From a bacterium CG_4_9_14_3_um_filter_65_15 (GTDB lineage Bacteria > Krumholzibacteriota > Krumholzibacteriia > LZORAL124-64-63): a DNA stretch of 64,000 bases. The translations under genes and the position numbers were made by a program. The stretch spans positions 7,167 through 71,166 of the forward strand of contig PFVX01000024.1 in assembly GCA_002790835.1 (NCBI GenBank). Reading direction: 5' to 3'. The notes under the pieces are model-generated. The model made no database searches, was not told the origin of the DNA, and worked only from the letters and a program-made list of their open reading frames with translations. Shown in pieces: positions 1-10,380 of the stretch; position 1 is the stretch's first letter, and each line of letters starts with the position of its first letter.

Positions 1-548
1 GAACACCGTGACGTCGTGCCCCTTCTGGACCAGGTCACTGGCGGCGGTCAGGCCCGCGGGTCCCGATCCGATGACCGCGACCTTCTTGCCGGTGGGCGGG
101 GCGATCTCGGGGGTGATGGTCAGGTTGTGCTCCATGGCGTAGTCGCCCAGGAACCGCTCGACCCGGCCGATGCCGCCGGGCTCGCGGCCCTTGTCCGGCT
201 TGTTCAGGGTGCAGACCATCTCGCACTGGTCCTCCTGGGGACACACGCGGCCGCAGATCGCCGGCAGGAAGTTCTTTTCCTTGATCTTGCGCAGGGCACC
301 CTCGAAATCCTTCTGGCCGACCAGTTGCAGGAAGGCGGGAATATCGATTCCCACCGGGCAACCGGCCACGCACGGTTTGCTCTTGCAATCGATGCAGCGC
401 AGGGCCTCCTGTGTCGCCTCGATCTCGTTGTACCCCAGGGGCACTTCCTCGAAGTTGTAGATGCGCTGATTGGGGTCCTGCTCGCGCATGGGGGTCTTGG
501 TCTTGCTCTTGTTGAGGACCTTCTTGGGCTTCTGCGGGCTGTCGGTCA
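1..548 (-). CDS. NADPH-dependent glutamate synthase beta-chain-like oxidoreductase (NfnB/SudA/GltD family), C-terminally truncated by the window edge
   Basis: Reverse-complement translation from an ATG at 548 gives MTDSPQKPKK...CIDCKSKPCVAGCPVGIDIP...CGRVCPQEDQCE...VAVIGSGPAGL. These are the two Cys clusters and FAD/NAD Rossmann GxGxxG of the GltD small subunit. It runs off the 5' edge and is absent from the ORF track for that reason. Confidence 0.8.
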
Positions 549-561
549 TGGCGGTCCTCCC

Positions 562-1428
562 TTAATCGGCCTTGGCCAGGTTGTCGGCGGCGGTTTCCAG
601 GCGGCACTGGTGGTGCAAGGTCAACGAGACCTGTTCCTCCGGCTTGTAGTAGCTCAGGCGCGTGATCAGTTCGTCGAAGTCCACCTGGTGGCCGTCGAAC
701 TCGGGGCCCTCCACGCAGGCGAAGCGGGTCTGGCCGCCGACGGTAACGCGGCAGGCGCCGCACATCCCTGTGCCGTCGACCATGATGGGATTCAGCGACG
801 CCTGGGTGGGGATGCCGTGGGGCTCGGTCGTCTTGCAGACGAACTTCATCATGACCACCGGTCCGATGGTGATGACCTCGTCGATCTTTTCGCCGCGCTC
901 GATGATTTCCTCCAGGGCGTGGGTGACCATGCCCTTCTTGCCGTAACTGCCGTCGTCGGTCGTGATCACGGTCTCGTCGGCCAGGCTGCGGATCTCGTCC
1001 TCGAGGATCAGGAGGCTCTTGTTGCGGGCGCCGAGAATGGCGATGGTCCGGTTGCCGCCCTCCTTCAAGGCCTGCACCTGGGGCCAGACCACGGCGTTGC
1101 CGATGCCGCCGCCGACGCACACCACCGTTTTTCCGGTGGGGATCTCGGTGGCCTTGCCCAGGGGTCCGGCCAGGTCGCGGATCTCGTCACCCACGTCCAG
1201 GCCCGCCAGCATTTCCGTCGTTTTGCCGACCACCTGGAAAACCAGGGTGATGGTGCCCCGTTCGGGATTGCGGTGCGCGATGGTCAGGGGGATGCGCTCA
1301 CCCTCATCGTTGACCCGCAGGATGATGAACTGGCCGGCCTTGCCACGCTTCGCGATGTGCTCGGCCTCGATCTCGAAGAGCTTCGTCTGGGGTGCGAGCT
1401 CCTTGGCGAATACGATTCTGTTCCCCAC
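562..1428 (-). CDS. Ferredoxin-NADP+ reductase / sulfide dehydrogenase subunit (NfnA/SudB, PyrK-like FAD/NAD-binding electron-transfer subunit)
   Basis: The 288-aa ORF has the PyrK/SudB-like fold motifs (RIPLTIA, VVCVGGGIG, C-terminal CGxCRV [2Fe-2S]-type Cys cluster). It lies immediately upstream of the GltD-like gene on the same strand, the typical nfnA-nfnB order. Confidence 0.8.
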   Translation of the reverse strand: MGNRIVFAKELAPQTKLFEIEAEHIAKRGKAGQFIILRVNDEGERIPLTIAHRNPERGTITLVFQVVGKTTEMLAGLDVGDEIRDLAGPLGKATEIPTGKTVVCVGGGIGNAVVWPQVQALKEGGNRTIAILGARNKSLLILEDEIRSLADETVITTDDGSYGKKGMVTHALEEIIERGEKIDEVITIGPVVMMKFVCKTTEPHGIPTQASLNPIMVDGTGMCGACRVTVGGQTRFACVEGPEFDGHQVDFDELITRLSYYKPEEQVSLTLHHQCRLETAADNLAKAD

Positions 1429-1508
1429 GGCTGGCTCCTTGGTCTGGTTCCTTGGAATCCGGGTGCAAGCGCGGCGGGGGCGAAGCGCCCGGGGTGTCGC
1501 GGACTCCG

Positions 1509-1539
1509 CTTTGCTGGTAGCAAAGATAATTTTCGAAAA
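1509..1539. promoter_or_regulatory. Two adjacent palindromes in the nfnA / folE divergent promoter region: CTTTGCT-ggt-AGCAAAG at 1509-1525 and TTTTCGAAAA at 1530-1539
   Basis: Perfect 7-3-7 inverted repeat followed by a 10-bp perfect palindrome in an AT-richer stretch about 100 bp upstream of the nfnA start; read directly from the sequence. Confidence 0.4.
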
Positions 1540-1834
1540 CGTTTATGCAAGATGTGCTTGACCGAAAAACCCTTGCCTGCAAAGGGATTTCAGTATCGAT
1601 AGGAGAATCAAGGGCCGGTGCCGCGGTGCCATTCCGGGGGGTACGGAATCGCGCCGTGGAAAACCCGGCCCTTGAGACGATTGCATATTGCCGCAGTGCT
1701 TTGCCCTGCTGAAGAGAGGCAGCAAGGTGCATGCCTGTGGTCATCTCGGGTCTGGTCCCGAGGTCCGGGCGGCATTAGATTGGGGCAGAGCCCGCCAGTC
1801 GGGGAGAATCGGCGTCAACAAGGGGAGGGGTATC

Positions 1835-2383
1835 GTGGAAGATCTGGTGCGCGGCATGTTGGAGGCGATCGGCGAGGATCCGCAGCGTGAGGGATTGATC
1901 GATACCCCCGCGCGGGTGAGCCGCTCCTGGGGTGAACTGGCCGCCGGCTACGCCATGGACCCGGGAGCCATGGTGCGGGGGGCCCTGTTCGCCGCCGAGA
2001 GCCGCGACATGATCGTGGTGAACGACATCGATTTCTACAGCGTCTGCGAGCACCACATGCTGCCGTTCTTCGGCAAAGCGCACGTGGCCTACATCCCCGA
2101 CGGCCGGATCGTGGGCCTGAGCAAGATCGCCCGCGTGGTCGAAGCCTTCGCGCGCCGCCTGCAGGTGCAGGAGCGGATGACCGCCCAGATCGCCGCCTGT
2201 CTCATGGAAAACCTTGAGCCGTTGGGGGTCGCGGTGACCCTGCACGCCCAGCATCTGTGCATGATGATGCGGGGAATCCAGAAGCAGAACAGCTACGCGG
2301 TGACCAGCGAGATGCTGGGTTGTTTCCGTACCGACTCCAAGACTCGCTCGGAATACCTCACCTTGATTCGCGAAACTCCCTGA
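1835..2383 (+). CDS. folE: GTP cyclohydrolase I
   Basis: [28 protein letters not shown]...[19 protein letters not shown]...HLCMMMRG are FolE signature regions. The GTG at 1835 is preceded by the RBS aaggggagggg; the track ORF begins upstream at 1688 but lacks an RBS. Confidence 0.85.
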   Translation: MEDLVRGMLEAIGEDPQREGLIDTPARVSRSWGELAAGYAMDPGAMVRGALFAAESRDMIVVNDIDFYSVCEHHMLPFFGKAHVAYIPDGRIVGLSKIARVVEAFARRLQVQERMTAQIAACLMENLEPLGVAVTLHAQHLCMMMRGIQKQNSYAVTSEMLGCFRTDSKTRSEYLTLIRETP

Positions 2384-2457
2384 GCGGGGGAGCCCTGCCG
2401 CCAATTTGCACGCCGGGAATCCCTGCCGTCCGGATGGGGCGGGAAACCTTGCGGCAT

Positions 2458-2520
2458 TGTTCTCCCGGGTCCCTCCCGGCTTAGCGCTTCGCGATGCGCC
2501 GGTCGGGACCCGGGAGAACA
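2458..2520. terminator. Perfect 16-bp inverted repeat (TGTTCTCCCGGGTCCC ... GGGACCCGGGAGAACA) separated by 31 nt, between convergent folE and trxB
   Basis: Seen directly in the sequence. Each arm embeds a CCCGGG palindrome. The position between two convergent stops suggests a bidirectional terminator or REP-like element. Confidence 0.45.
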
Positions 2521-2536
2521 CCGGGAGCGCAATGTC

Positions 2537-3478
2537 CTAGAACCCCTGCTCACCCAGCCATCGTTCCGCCTCGATGGCGGCCATGCAGCCGGTGCCGGCC
2601 GAGGTCACGGCCTGGCGGTAGACGTGATCCTGCACGTCTCCGGCGGCGAAAACCCCGGCGATCTCGGTGGCGGCCCGGCCTGGCTGGGTCACGAGGTAAC
2701 CGTTCTCGTCCGTGGTGAGCTGGCCGTCCAGGAACGCCGTGTTGGGGATGTGACCGATGGCGATGAAACATCCGGAAACCGGAAGTTCGCGCAGGGATTC
2801 GTCCTGGGTGTCCTTGAGCTCCAGCCCCTTGAGGTTGCCCTGGTCGTCGGGCAGGTAGCGATTGACTACGCTGTTCCAGGCGACCTCGATCTTGGGGTGA
2901 TCCAAGGCTCGCTGCTGCATGATCTGCGATCCGCGCAACTCGTCCCGGCGATGGATCAGGGTGACCTTGGTGGCGAAGTTGGTCAGGTAGAGGGCCTCTT
3001 CCAGCGCGGTATCCCCGCCGCCGACCACGGCGATCTCCTGGCCGCGGAAAAAGAAACCGTCGCAAGTCGCGCAGGCGCTCAGGCCCTTGCCCATGAATTT
3101 CTCCTCGTCGGGTAAACCCAACCAGCGGGCCGAACTTCCGGTGGAGATGATCACGGCGGGCACGACGTATTCACCCTTGTCGGTGGTGACCCGGAAGGGA
3201 TGGTTGCCCAGGTCGACGGCCGAGACGGTTTCGGCCTTGATCACGCTTCCGAAGCGTTCGGTCTGGGCCCGGAATTTCATCATCAACTCGGGGCCGTCGA
3301 TGCCGTCCGGAAAACCGGGATAGTTTTCCACTTCGGTGGTGATGGTCAACTGGCCTCCGGGCTGCTGCCCTTCGAAAATCAGGTTGGGGATGTTGGCCCG
3401 GCTGAGGTAGAGGCCGGCGGTGTAACCGGCAGGTCCACTGCCGATGATGATGACCCTGGGGTCCCGGTTTTCGGACAT
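2537..3478 (-). CDS. trxB: Thioredoxin-disulfide reductase
   Basis: 313 aa; N-terminal FAD motif IIGSGPAG, redox-active CATC motif (SACATCDGFFF), second Rossmann VVGGGDTA; full-length low-molecular-weight TrxR. Confidence 0.92.
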   Translation of the reverse strand: MSENRDPRVIIIGSGPAGYTAGLYLSRANIPNLIFEGQQPGGQLTITTEVENYPGFPDGIDGPELMMKFRAQTERFGSVIKAETVSAVDLGNHPFRVTTDKGEYVVPAVIISTGSSARWLGLPDEEKFMGKGLSACATCDGFFFRGQEIAVVGGGDTALEEALYLTNFATKVTLIHRRDELRGSQIMQQRALDHPKIEVAWNSVVNRYLPDDQGNLKGLELKDTQDESLRELPVSGCFIAIGHIPNTAFLDGQLTTDENGYLVTQPGRAATEIAGVFAAGDVQDHVYRQAVTSAGTGCMAAIEAERWLGEQGF

Positions 3479-3766
3479 ACTCTCTCTTCTCCCTGTGGCG
3501 GAGGCAGGCCGGGCCCGCCGGATTCGATATCATTTGATCGGTTTCATACTTACTAAACTTCCCCCAAATGTCAACGCCGGCCGGATTTTGGCGGTCCGCA
3601 GGATGGGGGGGTGGGGTTTTTCGGGCTTGAGCCCTTGACGGAAGGGCCTTGGGGTATTAATTATTCCCCCTTACGAGAGAATCCGGGAGGTTATGCCTCT
3701 CCGGCGGGTTTTTGTATGCCCCTTGTGGCGAGAGGCCCGATAAACTCAGTCAGCGGAGATACGCCA

Positions 3767-4081
3767 ATGTACGCGGTGGTCAAGATCAAGAACCAGCAGT
3801 ATCGGGTCGCACCTGACGCCACGCTGCAGGTGCCCCTGTTCGACAAAGAAGAAGTGGGCGCCATCCTGAATTTCGACGAGGTCATCCTGGTGTCCGACGG
3901 CGACAACATCCAGGTGGGTACTCCGACGGTTTCCGGCGCCAGCGTGGCTGCCGAGATCATCGAGCACGGCCGCAGTCGCAAGATCACGGTTTTCAAGAAG
4001 AAGCGGCGCAAGAACTATCGTCGCAAGGTGGGGCATCGCCAGCCCTATACCACCATCAAGGTCACCGGTATCAACGTCTGA
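3767..4081 (+). CDS. rplU: 50S ribosomal protein L21
   Basis: [29 protein letters not shown]...[26 protein letters not shown] is a canonical L21. The ATG at 3767 is internal to the track ORF that starts at 3611. Confidence 0.92.
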   Translation: MYAVVKIKNQQYRVAPDATLQVPLFDKEEVGAILNFDEVILVSDGDNIQVGTPTVSGASVAAEIIEHGRSRKITVFKKKRRKNYRRKVGHRQPYTTIKVTGINV

Positions 4082-4124
4082 CGGACAGACTGCGAACGCA
4101 CGGATTCACCCAAGGAGCGCTGAA

Positions 4125-4379
4125 ATGGCTCACAAAAAAGCAGGCGGCAGTACACGCAACGGCCGCGACTCCAATGCCCAGCATCTGGGCGTCAAGCGAT
4201 TCGGCGGCCAGGCCGTGAGCGCCGGGACCATTCTGGTTCGGCAGCGCGGTACCCGGATCCATCCGGGCACCAACGTGGGCAAGGGCGGGGATGATACCCT
4301 GTTCGCCCTCGTGGACGGCACGGTCGAGTACCAGGATTTCCGGGGCAGCAAGAAGCGGGTGAATGTCCAGCCCTTCTAG
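4125..4379 (+). CDS. rpmA: 50S ribosomal protein L27
   Basis: [31 protein letters not shown]...[21 protein letters not shown] is a canonical L27; RBS aaggagcgc. Confidence 0.95.
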   Translation: MAHKKAGGSTRNGRDSNAQHLGVKRFGGQAVSAGTILVRQRGTRIHPGTNVGKGGDDTLFALVDGTVEYQDFRGSKKRVNVQPF

Positions 4380-4400
4380 GCAGCGCACCGTGGAACCGGG

Positions 4401-4434
4401 AAAGCCCGCCCTTTTCGGGGCGGGCTTTTCTCTT
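4401..4434 (+). terminator. Rho-independent terminator after rpmA (GCCCGCCC stem, 6-nt loop, T-run)
   Basis: aaaGCCCGCCCttttcgGGGCGGGCttttctctt sits immediately after the rpmA stop and before the kdsB RBS. Confidence 0.7.
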
Positions 4435-4454
4435 GGAGGAAGGCACATCCGGCC

Positions 4455-5213
4455 ATGACCGCACCCGCATCCGCACCCCGAGTCCTGATCGTCGTTCCGG
4501 CCCGCTACGGGTCCAGTCGGTTTCCGGGCAAGGCCCTGGCCGACCTGGAAGGTGCACCCCTCATCGTGCGGGTCATGCAGAACGCCTCCCGGATCGAGGG
4601 AGCGGACCGGATCGTCGCCGCCACCGACGACGAACGCATCCTGGCCGCGGTCAGGGCAGGCGGTTTCGAGGCGGTGCTGACCGGCCGGCACGACACCGGC
4701 ACCGCCAGGGTGGGCGAGGTTGCCGCCTCCGACCCCGCCGACATCATCATCAACCTGCAGGGGGACGAACCGCTGCTGGAACCCGATACGGTAGGCTCCC
4801 TGCGGGGATTCCTGGCCGATCGTCCGGACTGTGACGTTGCGACCTGCGGTCATCCCTTCGCGGAACCCGCTGCCTGGCACGATCCCAACGCCGTCAAGGT
4901 GCTGTGCGACAGCCGCGACCGGGCTTTGTACTTTTCCCGCGCGCCCATACCGGGTACCTTCCCAGGCAGGGACGAGGTGGGACATTCCCTGGCCTTGCGC
5001 CACATCGGAATCTACGCCTTCCGCCGGCAGGCCCTCGAACGGTTCCTCGCCTTGCCACCCGGCAAGCTGGAAGCCAGCGAGGGACTCGAACAGTTACGGG
5101 CGCTCGAGGACGGAATGCGGATCGGGCTGGTGCGGGTCCCGCACGGCCCGGTGGGGGTCGACACTCCGGATGATCTGGAAGAGGTGCGCCGGCTCTGGCG
5201 GCTGCGCGATTGA
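4455..5213 (+). CDS. kdsB: 3-deoxy-manno-octulosonate cytidylyltransferase (CMP-KDO synthetase)
   Basis: 252 aa; [31 protein letters not shown]...[10 protein letters not shown] are KdsB nucleotidyltransferase motifs. Confidence 0.9.
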   Translation: MTAPASAPRVLIVVPARYGSSRFPGKALADLEGAPLIVRVMQNASRIEGADRIVAATDDERILAAVRAGGFEAVLTGRHDTGTARVGEVAASDPADIIINLQGDEPLLEPDTVGSLRGFLADRPDCDVATCGHPFAEPAAWHDPNAVKVLCDSRDRALYFSRAPIPGTFPGRDEVGHSLALRHIGIYAFRRQALERFLALPPGKLEASEGLEQLRALEDGMRIGLVRVPHGPVGVDTPDDLEEVRRLWRLRD

Positions 5214-5251
5214 ATCGTGTCAGTCGTCACCGACGGCAGGAAAGGACGGCC

Positions 5252-6907
5252 ATGGCCAAGTTCGTTTTCGTTACCGGAGGAGTGGTCTCCGCCTTAGGCA
5301 AGGGTATTGCCTGCGCCTCTTTGGGCAATCTCCTGAAGGCCCGCGGTTTGAAGGTCGTCCTGCAGAAATTCGACCCCTACCTCAATGTGGACCCCGGCAC
5401 CATGAGCCCCTTCCAGCACGGCGAGGTCTTCGTCCTGGAAGACGGCGCCGAGTGCGACCTGGACCTGGGGCACTACGAGCGGTTCACCGACATCGATTTG
5501 TCCCAGATCAACAACCTGACCAGCGGCCGGGTCTACGAGACCATCCTGGCCAAGGAACGTAAGGGTGAGTATCTGGGCCGCACCGTGCAGGTGATCCCGC
5601 ACGTGACCGACGAGATCAAGCGGCGCATCATGTTGCCGGCGAAGGAGGATCCCGAGGTCGACGTGGTGATCACCGAGATCGGCGGCACCGTCGGCGACAT
5701 CGAGAGTCTGCCCTTTCTCGAGGCCATCAGGCAGTTCCGGCTCGAGCGACCCCCGGCGGATTCGGTTTCGGTGCACCTGACCCTGGTGCCATACATCGCG
5801 GCAGCCGGAGAGATCAAGACCAAGCCTACCCAGCATTCGGTCCGCGAGTTGCGCAGCATCGGAATCCAGCCGGACTTCCTGTGGTGCCGCACCACCCAGC
5901 TCCTGGAGGAGGAGGCCCGCCGCAAGATCGGTCTGTTCTGCAACCTTCCGGTGGGCCACGTGTTCGACGGTCGCGACGTGGAGAGCATCTACCAGGTGCC
6001 CTTGAACCTCCACGAGCAGAACTTCGACCGTCTGGTTTGCGAGCACCTTCAGCTGGAGACCAACGAGCCGGACCTGAGTCCCTGGCGTGAGATGGTGGGG
6101 ATGATCCTGTCGCCACCCGCCACGGTGAAGATCGCCGTGGTCGGCAAGTACATCGAGCTGAAGGATGCCTACAAGAGCATCATCGAGGCCTTCATCCACG
6201 CCGGCATTCCCAACCGGGTGGGGGTGGAACAGGTCTGGATCGATTCGGAAAGCCTCGAGGGCGATGACATCGGCGACCATCAGATGGCCGAGATCTTCGC
6301 CGGCATCCACGGCATTCTCGTGCCGGGGGGATTCGGGGAGCGGGGCATTCCCGGCAAGATCAACGCCGTCCGCTACGCCCGCGAGAACGGCGTTCCCTTC
6401 TTCGGCATCTGCCTCGGTCTCCAGTGCGCCATGATCGAGATCGGTCGCGACGTTGCGGGTCTGGAAAAAGCCGGCAGCTCCGAGTTCGATCCGGCATCGC
6501 CGCATCCGGTGATCCATCTCATGGAAAAGCAGAAGGGGATCACGAACCTCGGCGGGACCATGCGTCTGGGTGGGTATCCCTGCCGGTTGGCCCCCGATAC
6601 CCTGGCAGCCCGGTGTTACCGGCAGGAGGAAATCAGCGAGCGGCACCGACATCGGTACGAGGTGAACAACGATTACCGGGAACGTTTCGCCAAGGCCGGC
6701 GTGGTCTTTTCCGGAACCTCTCCGGACGGGCAGCTGGTGGAGATCATCGAGTATCCCGAGCACCCCTTCTTCATCGCGGTGCAGTTCCATCCCGAGCTGA
6801 AATCACGGCCCGGTCGGCCGCACCCCCTGTTCCGCGATTTTGTGGCCGCTGCCCTGGTCCACCGGGAGCAGGGAATCTGCGCCGAAACCCGGAAAGGTTC
6901 GGCATGA
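5252..6907 (+). CDS. pyrG: CTP synthase
   Basis: [32 protein letters not shown]... synthetase domain plus a C-terminal class-I glutamine amidotransferase ([15 protein letters not shown]). ATG at 5252 with RBS aggaaaggacgg. Confidence 0.95.
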   Translation: MAKFVFVTGGVVSALGKGIACASLGNLLKARGLKVVLQKFDPYLNVDPGTMSPFQHGEVFVLEDGAECDLDLGHYERFTDIDLSQINNLTSGRVYETILAKERKGEYLGRTVQVIPHVTDEIKRRIMLPAKEDPEVDVVITEIGGTVGDIESLPFLEAIRQFRLERPPADSVSVHLTLVPYIAAAGEIKTKPTQHSVRELRSIGIQPDFLWCRTTQLLEEEARRKIGLFCNLPVGHVFDGRDVESIYQVPLNLHEQNFDRLVCEHLQLETNEPDLSPWREMVGMILSPPATVKIAVVGKYIELKDAYKSIIEAFIHAGIPNRVGVEQVWIDSESLEGDDIGDHQMAEIFAGIHGILVPGGFGERGIPGKINAVRYARENGVPFFGICLGLQCAMIEIGRDVAGLEKAGSSEFDPASPHPVIHLMEKQKGITNLGGTMRLGGYPCRLAPDTLAARCYRQEEISERHRHRYEVNNDYRERFAKAGVVFSGTSPDGQLVEIIEYPEHPFFIAVQFHPELKSRPGRPHPLFRDFVAAALVHREQGICAETRKGSA

Positions 6908-7752
6908 GCGAGAAATCCGCCACCGCTTTGCCGATCGAGATCGCCGGGGTACCGGTTGGCTCAGGCCAAAGGCTGTACGTCATCGCAGGGCCCTGCGTGC
7001 TGGAGGACCCCGACGAAATGCTGCGCACCGCCGAATCCCTCGCTGCAACCTGTCGGGAGCTGGGACTCGGCTATTGCTTCAAGGCCAGTTACACCAAGGA
7101 CAATCGGACCAGCGGATCGTCCTATCGTGGACCAGGTTTGGAGGAGGGGCTGGCCTTGCTGCGCCGGATCGGCGGGGCCGTCGGGGCGCCGGTCCTGACG
7201 GATATCCATCATCCCCACGAAGCGGCTCCCGTCGGCGAAGTGGCGGAGGTTCTGCAGATTCCCGCCTTCATGTGCCGTCAGAGTTCCCTGCTGGAGGCGG
7301 CCGCGGCGACCGGCAAGGTGGTCAACGTCAAGAAGGGGCAGTTCCTGGCCCCGGAGGATATGGGCCATGTCGCCCGGAAGCTGAGGGAGGCCGGTTGCGG
7401 CCGCATTTTGCTGACTGAACGAGGTTCCTTTTTCGGGTACCGGGACCTGACCGTGGATTTCCGCTCCATCGGCGTCATGCGCGGCCTGGGGTGCCCGGTG
7501 GTTTTCGACGCCACCCACTCGGTGCAGACGCCCGGCTCCACCGGATCGACCACCGGTGGTCGGCCCGAGCTGGTACCCTTGCTGGCGCGCTGTGGGCTGG
7601 CCGCGGGCTCAGACGCCCTTTTTCTTGAAGTCCACCCCGAACCGTCCCGGGCCAAGAGCGACAGCGGCAGCCAGTTGCCTCTGGAGATGTTCCCCGACCT
7701 GATCCGCCGCCTAGCCGCTTGGCGGGACCTGTATCTGGAGCAGGAAGCATGA
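6904..7752 (+). CDS. kdsA: 2-dehydro-3-deoxyphosphooctonate aldolase (KDO-8-phosphate synthase)
   Basis: [35 protein letters not shown]...[13 protein letters not shown]...[11 protein letters not shown] is KdsA. Its ATG overlaps the pyrG stop (ATGA). The track ORF extends upstream in-frame to 6424, but that part is antisense GC noise. Confidence 0.9.
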   Translation: MSEKSATALPIEIAGVPVGSGQRLYVIAGPCVLEDPDEMLRTAESLAATCRELGLGYCFKASYTKDNRTSGSSYRGPGLEEGLALLRRIGGAVGAPVLTDIHHPHEAAPVGEVAEVLQIPAFMCRQSSLLEAAAATGKVVNVKKGQFLAPEDMGHVARKLREAGCGRILLTERGSFFGYRDLTVDFRSIGVMRGLGCPVVFDATHSVQTPGSTGSTTGGRPELVPLLARCGLAAGSDALFLEVHPEPSRAKSDSGSQLPLEMFPDLIRRLAAWRDLYLEQEA

Positions 7753-8402
7753 GCGACACCGAGACCACCATCCCCGCCTGGTATCCGCTGACCCCGGATC
7801 AGGAACGCGCGGCGGCTGTGGCCGCCGTCGGCCCCGATTTGGTGGCCCGGCTGGCTGGGGTCCGATTGATTGTCCTGGATGCGGACGGGATCCTGACCAA
7901 CGGCGACCTGCTCTACGGGCCGCAGGGGGAGGCCTACAAGGCTTTCAACGCGCAGGACGGGCTGGGTCTGGTCCTGGCCCGGGCGGCGGGGATCCAGAGG
8001 GCGGTCCTGACCGGCCGCCACAGCGCCGTGGTCGCCCGCCGGGTCACCGAACTGCACTTCGAAGCCGCCAAGCTGGGTCGCTTCGATAAGGCCGACGCTC
8101 TGGCCGAGATTCTCCGGGAGACCGGCTGCCGGGCCGAAAACACCCTCTACATGGGGGACGATCTCATCGACATGGCCGCCTTGACCATGGTCGCGGTTCC
8201 GGTGACGGTGCCGGCGGCCCCGGATGTGGTCAAGGATGTCTGCGTCCATGTGACAAGCGCCGGCGGTGGGCATGGAGCCGTCAGGGAAATCACCGACCTG
8301 TTGTTGCGCAGCCGAGGTGGGCTGGGAACCGCCCTGGGACGGTTGCAGAGTCCGGATTGGCGACCGAAGGCCGAGGATCTGTCCAGCGACGAAACGGAGT
8401 AG
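7749..8402 (+). CDS. kdsC: KDO-8-phosphate phosphatase (HAD superfamily, subfamily IIIA)
   Basis: RLIVLDADGILTNGDLLYGPQGEAYKAFNAQDGLGL...LYMGDDLIDMAA matches KdsC HAD motifs. Its ATG overlaps the kdsA stop. Confidence 0.85.
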   Translation: MSDTETTIPAWYPLTPDQERAAAVAAVGPDLVARLAGVRLIVLDADGILTNGDLLYGPQGEAYKAFNAQDGLGLVLARAAGIQRAVLTGRHSAVVARRVTELHFEAAKLGRFDKADALAEILRETGCRAENTLYMGDDLIDMAALTMVAVPVTVPAAPDVVKDVCVHVTSAGGGHGAVREITDLLLRSRGGLGTALGRLQSPDWRPKAEDLSSDETE

Positions 8403-8406
8403 AGCT

Positions 8407-9420
8407 ATGATGTCCGCCGCAGCCGCCCGGGCCGCCGCCGCCGACGACCGGGCCGTGATCGAGCTGGGCGCCGCCGCTTTGGCCCAGGAGTCAGCCGCCT
8501 TGGCCGAGTTGGGGCGGTCTCTCGACGTCCGTTTTGCCGCGGTGGTGCGGGAGCTGCTGGACTGTCGCGGCATGGTCCTGCTGACCGGCATCGGCAAATC
8601 CGGTCTGGTGGCCCGCAAGCTCGCCGCCACGTTGACCAGCACCGGGACTCCCAGCCACTTCATCCACCCCGTGGAGGCAGCCCACGGCGACCTGGGAATC
8701 GTGCGTGAAGCCGATATTCTGCTGGCCATATCGCGCAGCGGCAACAACCCCGAGGTGATCAGCCTGGCCGAACGTTGCCGGCAATTCGGCATGCGGACCA
8801 TCGCCATGACCGGGAGCGGAGATTCTCCGCTGGCGCAGGTTTGCCATCTGGACCTGCCGACCCCCGTGGAGCGCGAGGCCTGCCCCTTGGACCTGACGCC
8901 CACCACCAGCGCCGTGGCCGCCATGGCCATGGGTGACGCGCTGGTCGTGGCCCTGATCAAATTGCGGGGCTTTCAGGCGGAGGACTTCGCCATGTTCCAC
9001 CCCAGCGGTGTGCTGGGCCGCAGTCTGCTGGTTCGCGTCGGCGAGGTGATGCACACCGGCAAGGAGTTGCCGGTTGTCAGGACAGGCATGAATCTGAGGG
9101 AATGCCTGCCGGAAATCGTCGACAAGCGCCTGGGGGGAACCTGTGTGGTGGACGGCGAGGGCCTCCTGTGCGGGATCTGCGTGGACGGCGACGTCAAGCG
9201 GGTGCTGCTGGCGCGCGAAGACGCCCTGGATCTTCCCATCACCGAGGTGATGAATTCCGCCCCCACCACGGTCGATGCGGATATGCTGGCCCTGAGCGCT
9301 CTGCGGATCATGGAACATCGGCCCGAGGGTGCGGTCACCCTGCTCATCGTTACCGACGGTGAGGGACGGCCTGTCGGCCTGTTGCACATCCACGATGTGC
9401 TCAAGGCGGGGTTGCTCTGA
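8407..9420 (+). CDS. kdsD: Arabinose-5-phosphate isomerase (SIS domain plus tandem CBS domains)
   Basis: VLLTGIGKSGLVARKLAATLTSTGTPSHFIHP...ISRSGNNPEV (SIS domain) followed by two CBS domains is the KdsD/KpsF/GutQ architecture. The ATGATG start is at 8407. Confidence 0.88.
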   Translation: MMSAAAARAAAADDRAVIELGAAALAQESAALAELGRSLDVRFAAVVRELLDCRGMVLLTGIGKSGLVARKLAATLTSTGTPSHFIHPVEAAHGDLGIVREADILLAISRSGNNPEVISLAERCRQFGMRTIAMTGSGDSPLAQVCHLDLPTPVEREACPLDLTPTTSAVAAMAMGDALVVALIKLRGFQAEDFAMFHPSGVLGRSLLVRVGEVMHTGKELPVVRTGMNLRECLPEIVDKRLGGTCVVDGEGLLCGICVDGDVKRVLLAREDALDLPITEVMNSAPTTVDADMLALSALRIMEHRPEGAVTLLIVTDGEGRPVGLLHIHDVLKAGLL

Positions 9421-9473
9421 CCGGGCGGCCGCTGTCCCTGTACCGGCGCCTGCGCCGGCGCGCCTGGTGGCTG

Positions 9474-10376
9474 GTGGTGGTCGTCGTCCTGTTCTGCTTC
9501 CGGCTGGTTCCCCTCGCCCTGGGGCGACGGTTGGGATCTGCGCTGGGGCTCCTGGCCCTGCGGGTTCGCCCACGCGAACGGCGGCGTGCGCGCGAGAACC
9601 TGACCCTGGCTTTCGGGGAACTCGCGCCCCGGCAACGCGAGGAATTGCTGAAAGCGACAGCCGGTACCCTGGGGCGGAACTTCTTCGACAATCTGTCTTG
9701 TGCCCGACTGGCCGGGAACGACGAGGGGTTTCAGGATTACCCGGGGGACACCGAACGCTATGGGGACTTCGGTTCACAACTGGCAAACCTGGCGGGCCGG
9801 GGCCGGGGGGTGATCCTGCTGACCGGCCATATCGGCAGCTGGGAATTGCTGGGCGCACGCGTGGCGCGACTGCTGGAGCGAAGGGGCTGCGGGCCCCTGG
9901 CGGTGGTGACCGGCACGATCCACAATCCACCGGTGGACGCCATGTTGAATCGCCGACGCTGCCGCCTGGGACTGCGGCCTCTGGCGCGGCGCGACGGGAT
10001 AAGGCCCCTCTTCGAACACCTGCGCCGGGGTGGCGTCGCGGCCTTGCTGCTGGATCAGAAGCTGTCGCAGCAGGATCCTCCGTCCCGGTTTTTCGGAGAG
10101 CCGGCGCCAACCCCCGACGGCATGGCGCGGATGGCGCGGAAACTCCAGGTGCCCATCCTGCCGGTGGCCATGGCTTGGGACGGTGCGTCCGGCCGCCACA
10201 CGATTCAACGCCTGCCCGTGCTCAATGCCCCGTCGCCGCGAGCCGATGACCGGGGCAACGAGGTGCGGCAGGTGGCCCGCTTGCAACAGGAGGCCCAGGA
10301 CTCCCTGGAGGAATTCGTGCGCCGGAACCCGGAGCAGTGGGTTTGGTTTCACGAGCGTTGGGCAACGAAAGGCTGA
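9474..10376 (+). CDS. Lipid A biosynthesis (Kdo)2-lipid IVA acyltransferase family protein (LpxL/HtrB-like lysophospholipid acyltransferase)
   Basis: 300 aa; LLTGHIGSWEL (HX4D-type acyltransferase motif region), N-terminal membrane anchor, C-terminal EQWVWFHERW is typical of the LpxL/LpxM family. The GTG start is uncertain; the frame is open back to the kdsD stop. Confidence 0.7.
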   Translation: MVVVVLFCFRLVPLALGRRLGSALGLLALRVRPRERRRARENLTLAFGELAPRQREELLKATAGTLGRNFFDNLSCARLAGNDEGFQDYPGDTERYGDFGSQLANLAGRGRGVILLTGHIGSWELLGARVARLLERRGCGPLAVVTGTIHNPPVDAMLNRRRCRLGLRPLARRDGIRPLFEHLRRGGVAALLLDQKLSQQDPPSRFFGEPAPTPDGMARMARKLQVPILPVAMAWDGASGRHTIQRLPVLNAPSPRADDRGNEVRQVARLQQEAQDSLEEFVRRNPEQWVWFHERWATKG

Positions 10377-10380
10377 TTTG

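Noticed and set aside
6424-6903. Upstream in-frame extensions of kdsA (from 6424), kdsC (7719), kdsD (8266), lptC (10030), PTS IID (16298), the OMP (42390), tlpA-like (45644), nadC (55614), birA (56165), coaX (57402) and GT4 (60565) as given in the ORF track.
   Set aside because: Each extension overlaps the upstream gene, lacks a Shine-Dalgarno sequence and translates to low-complexity sequence. An internal ATG/GTG with a good RBS gives a protein of the expected family length.
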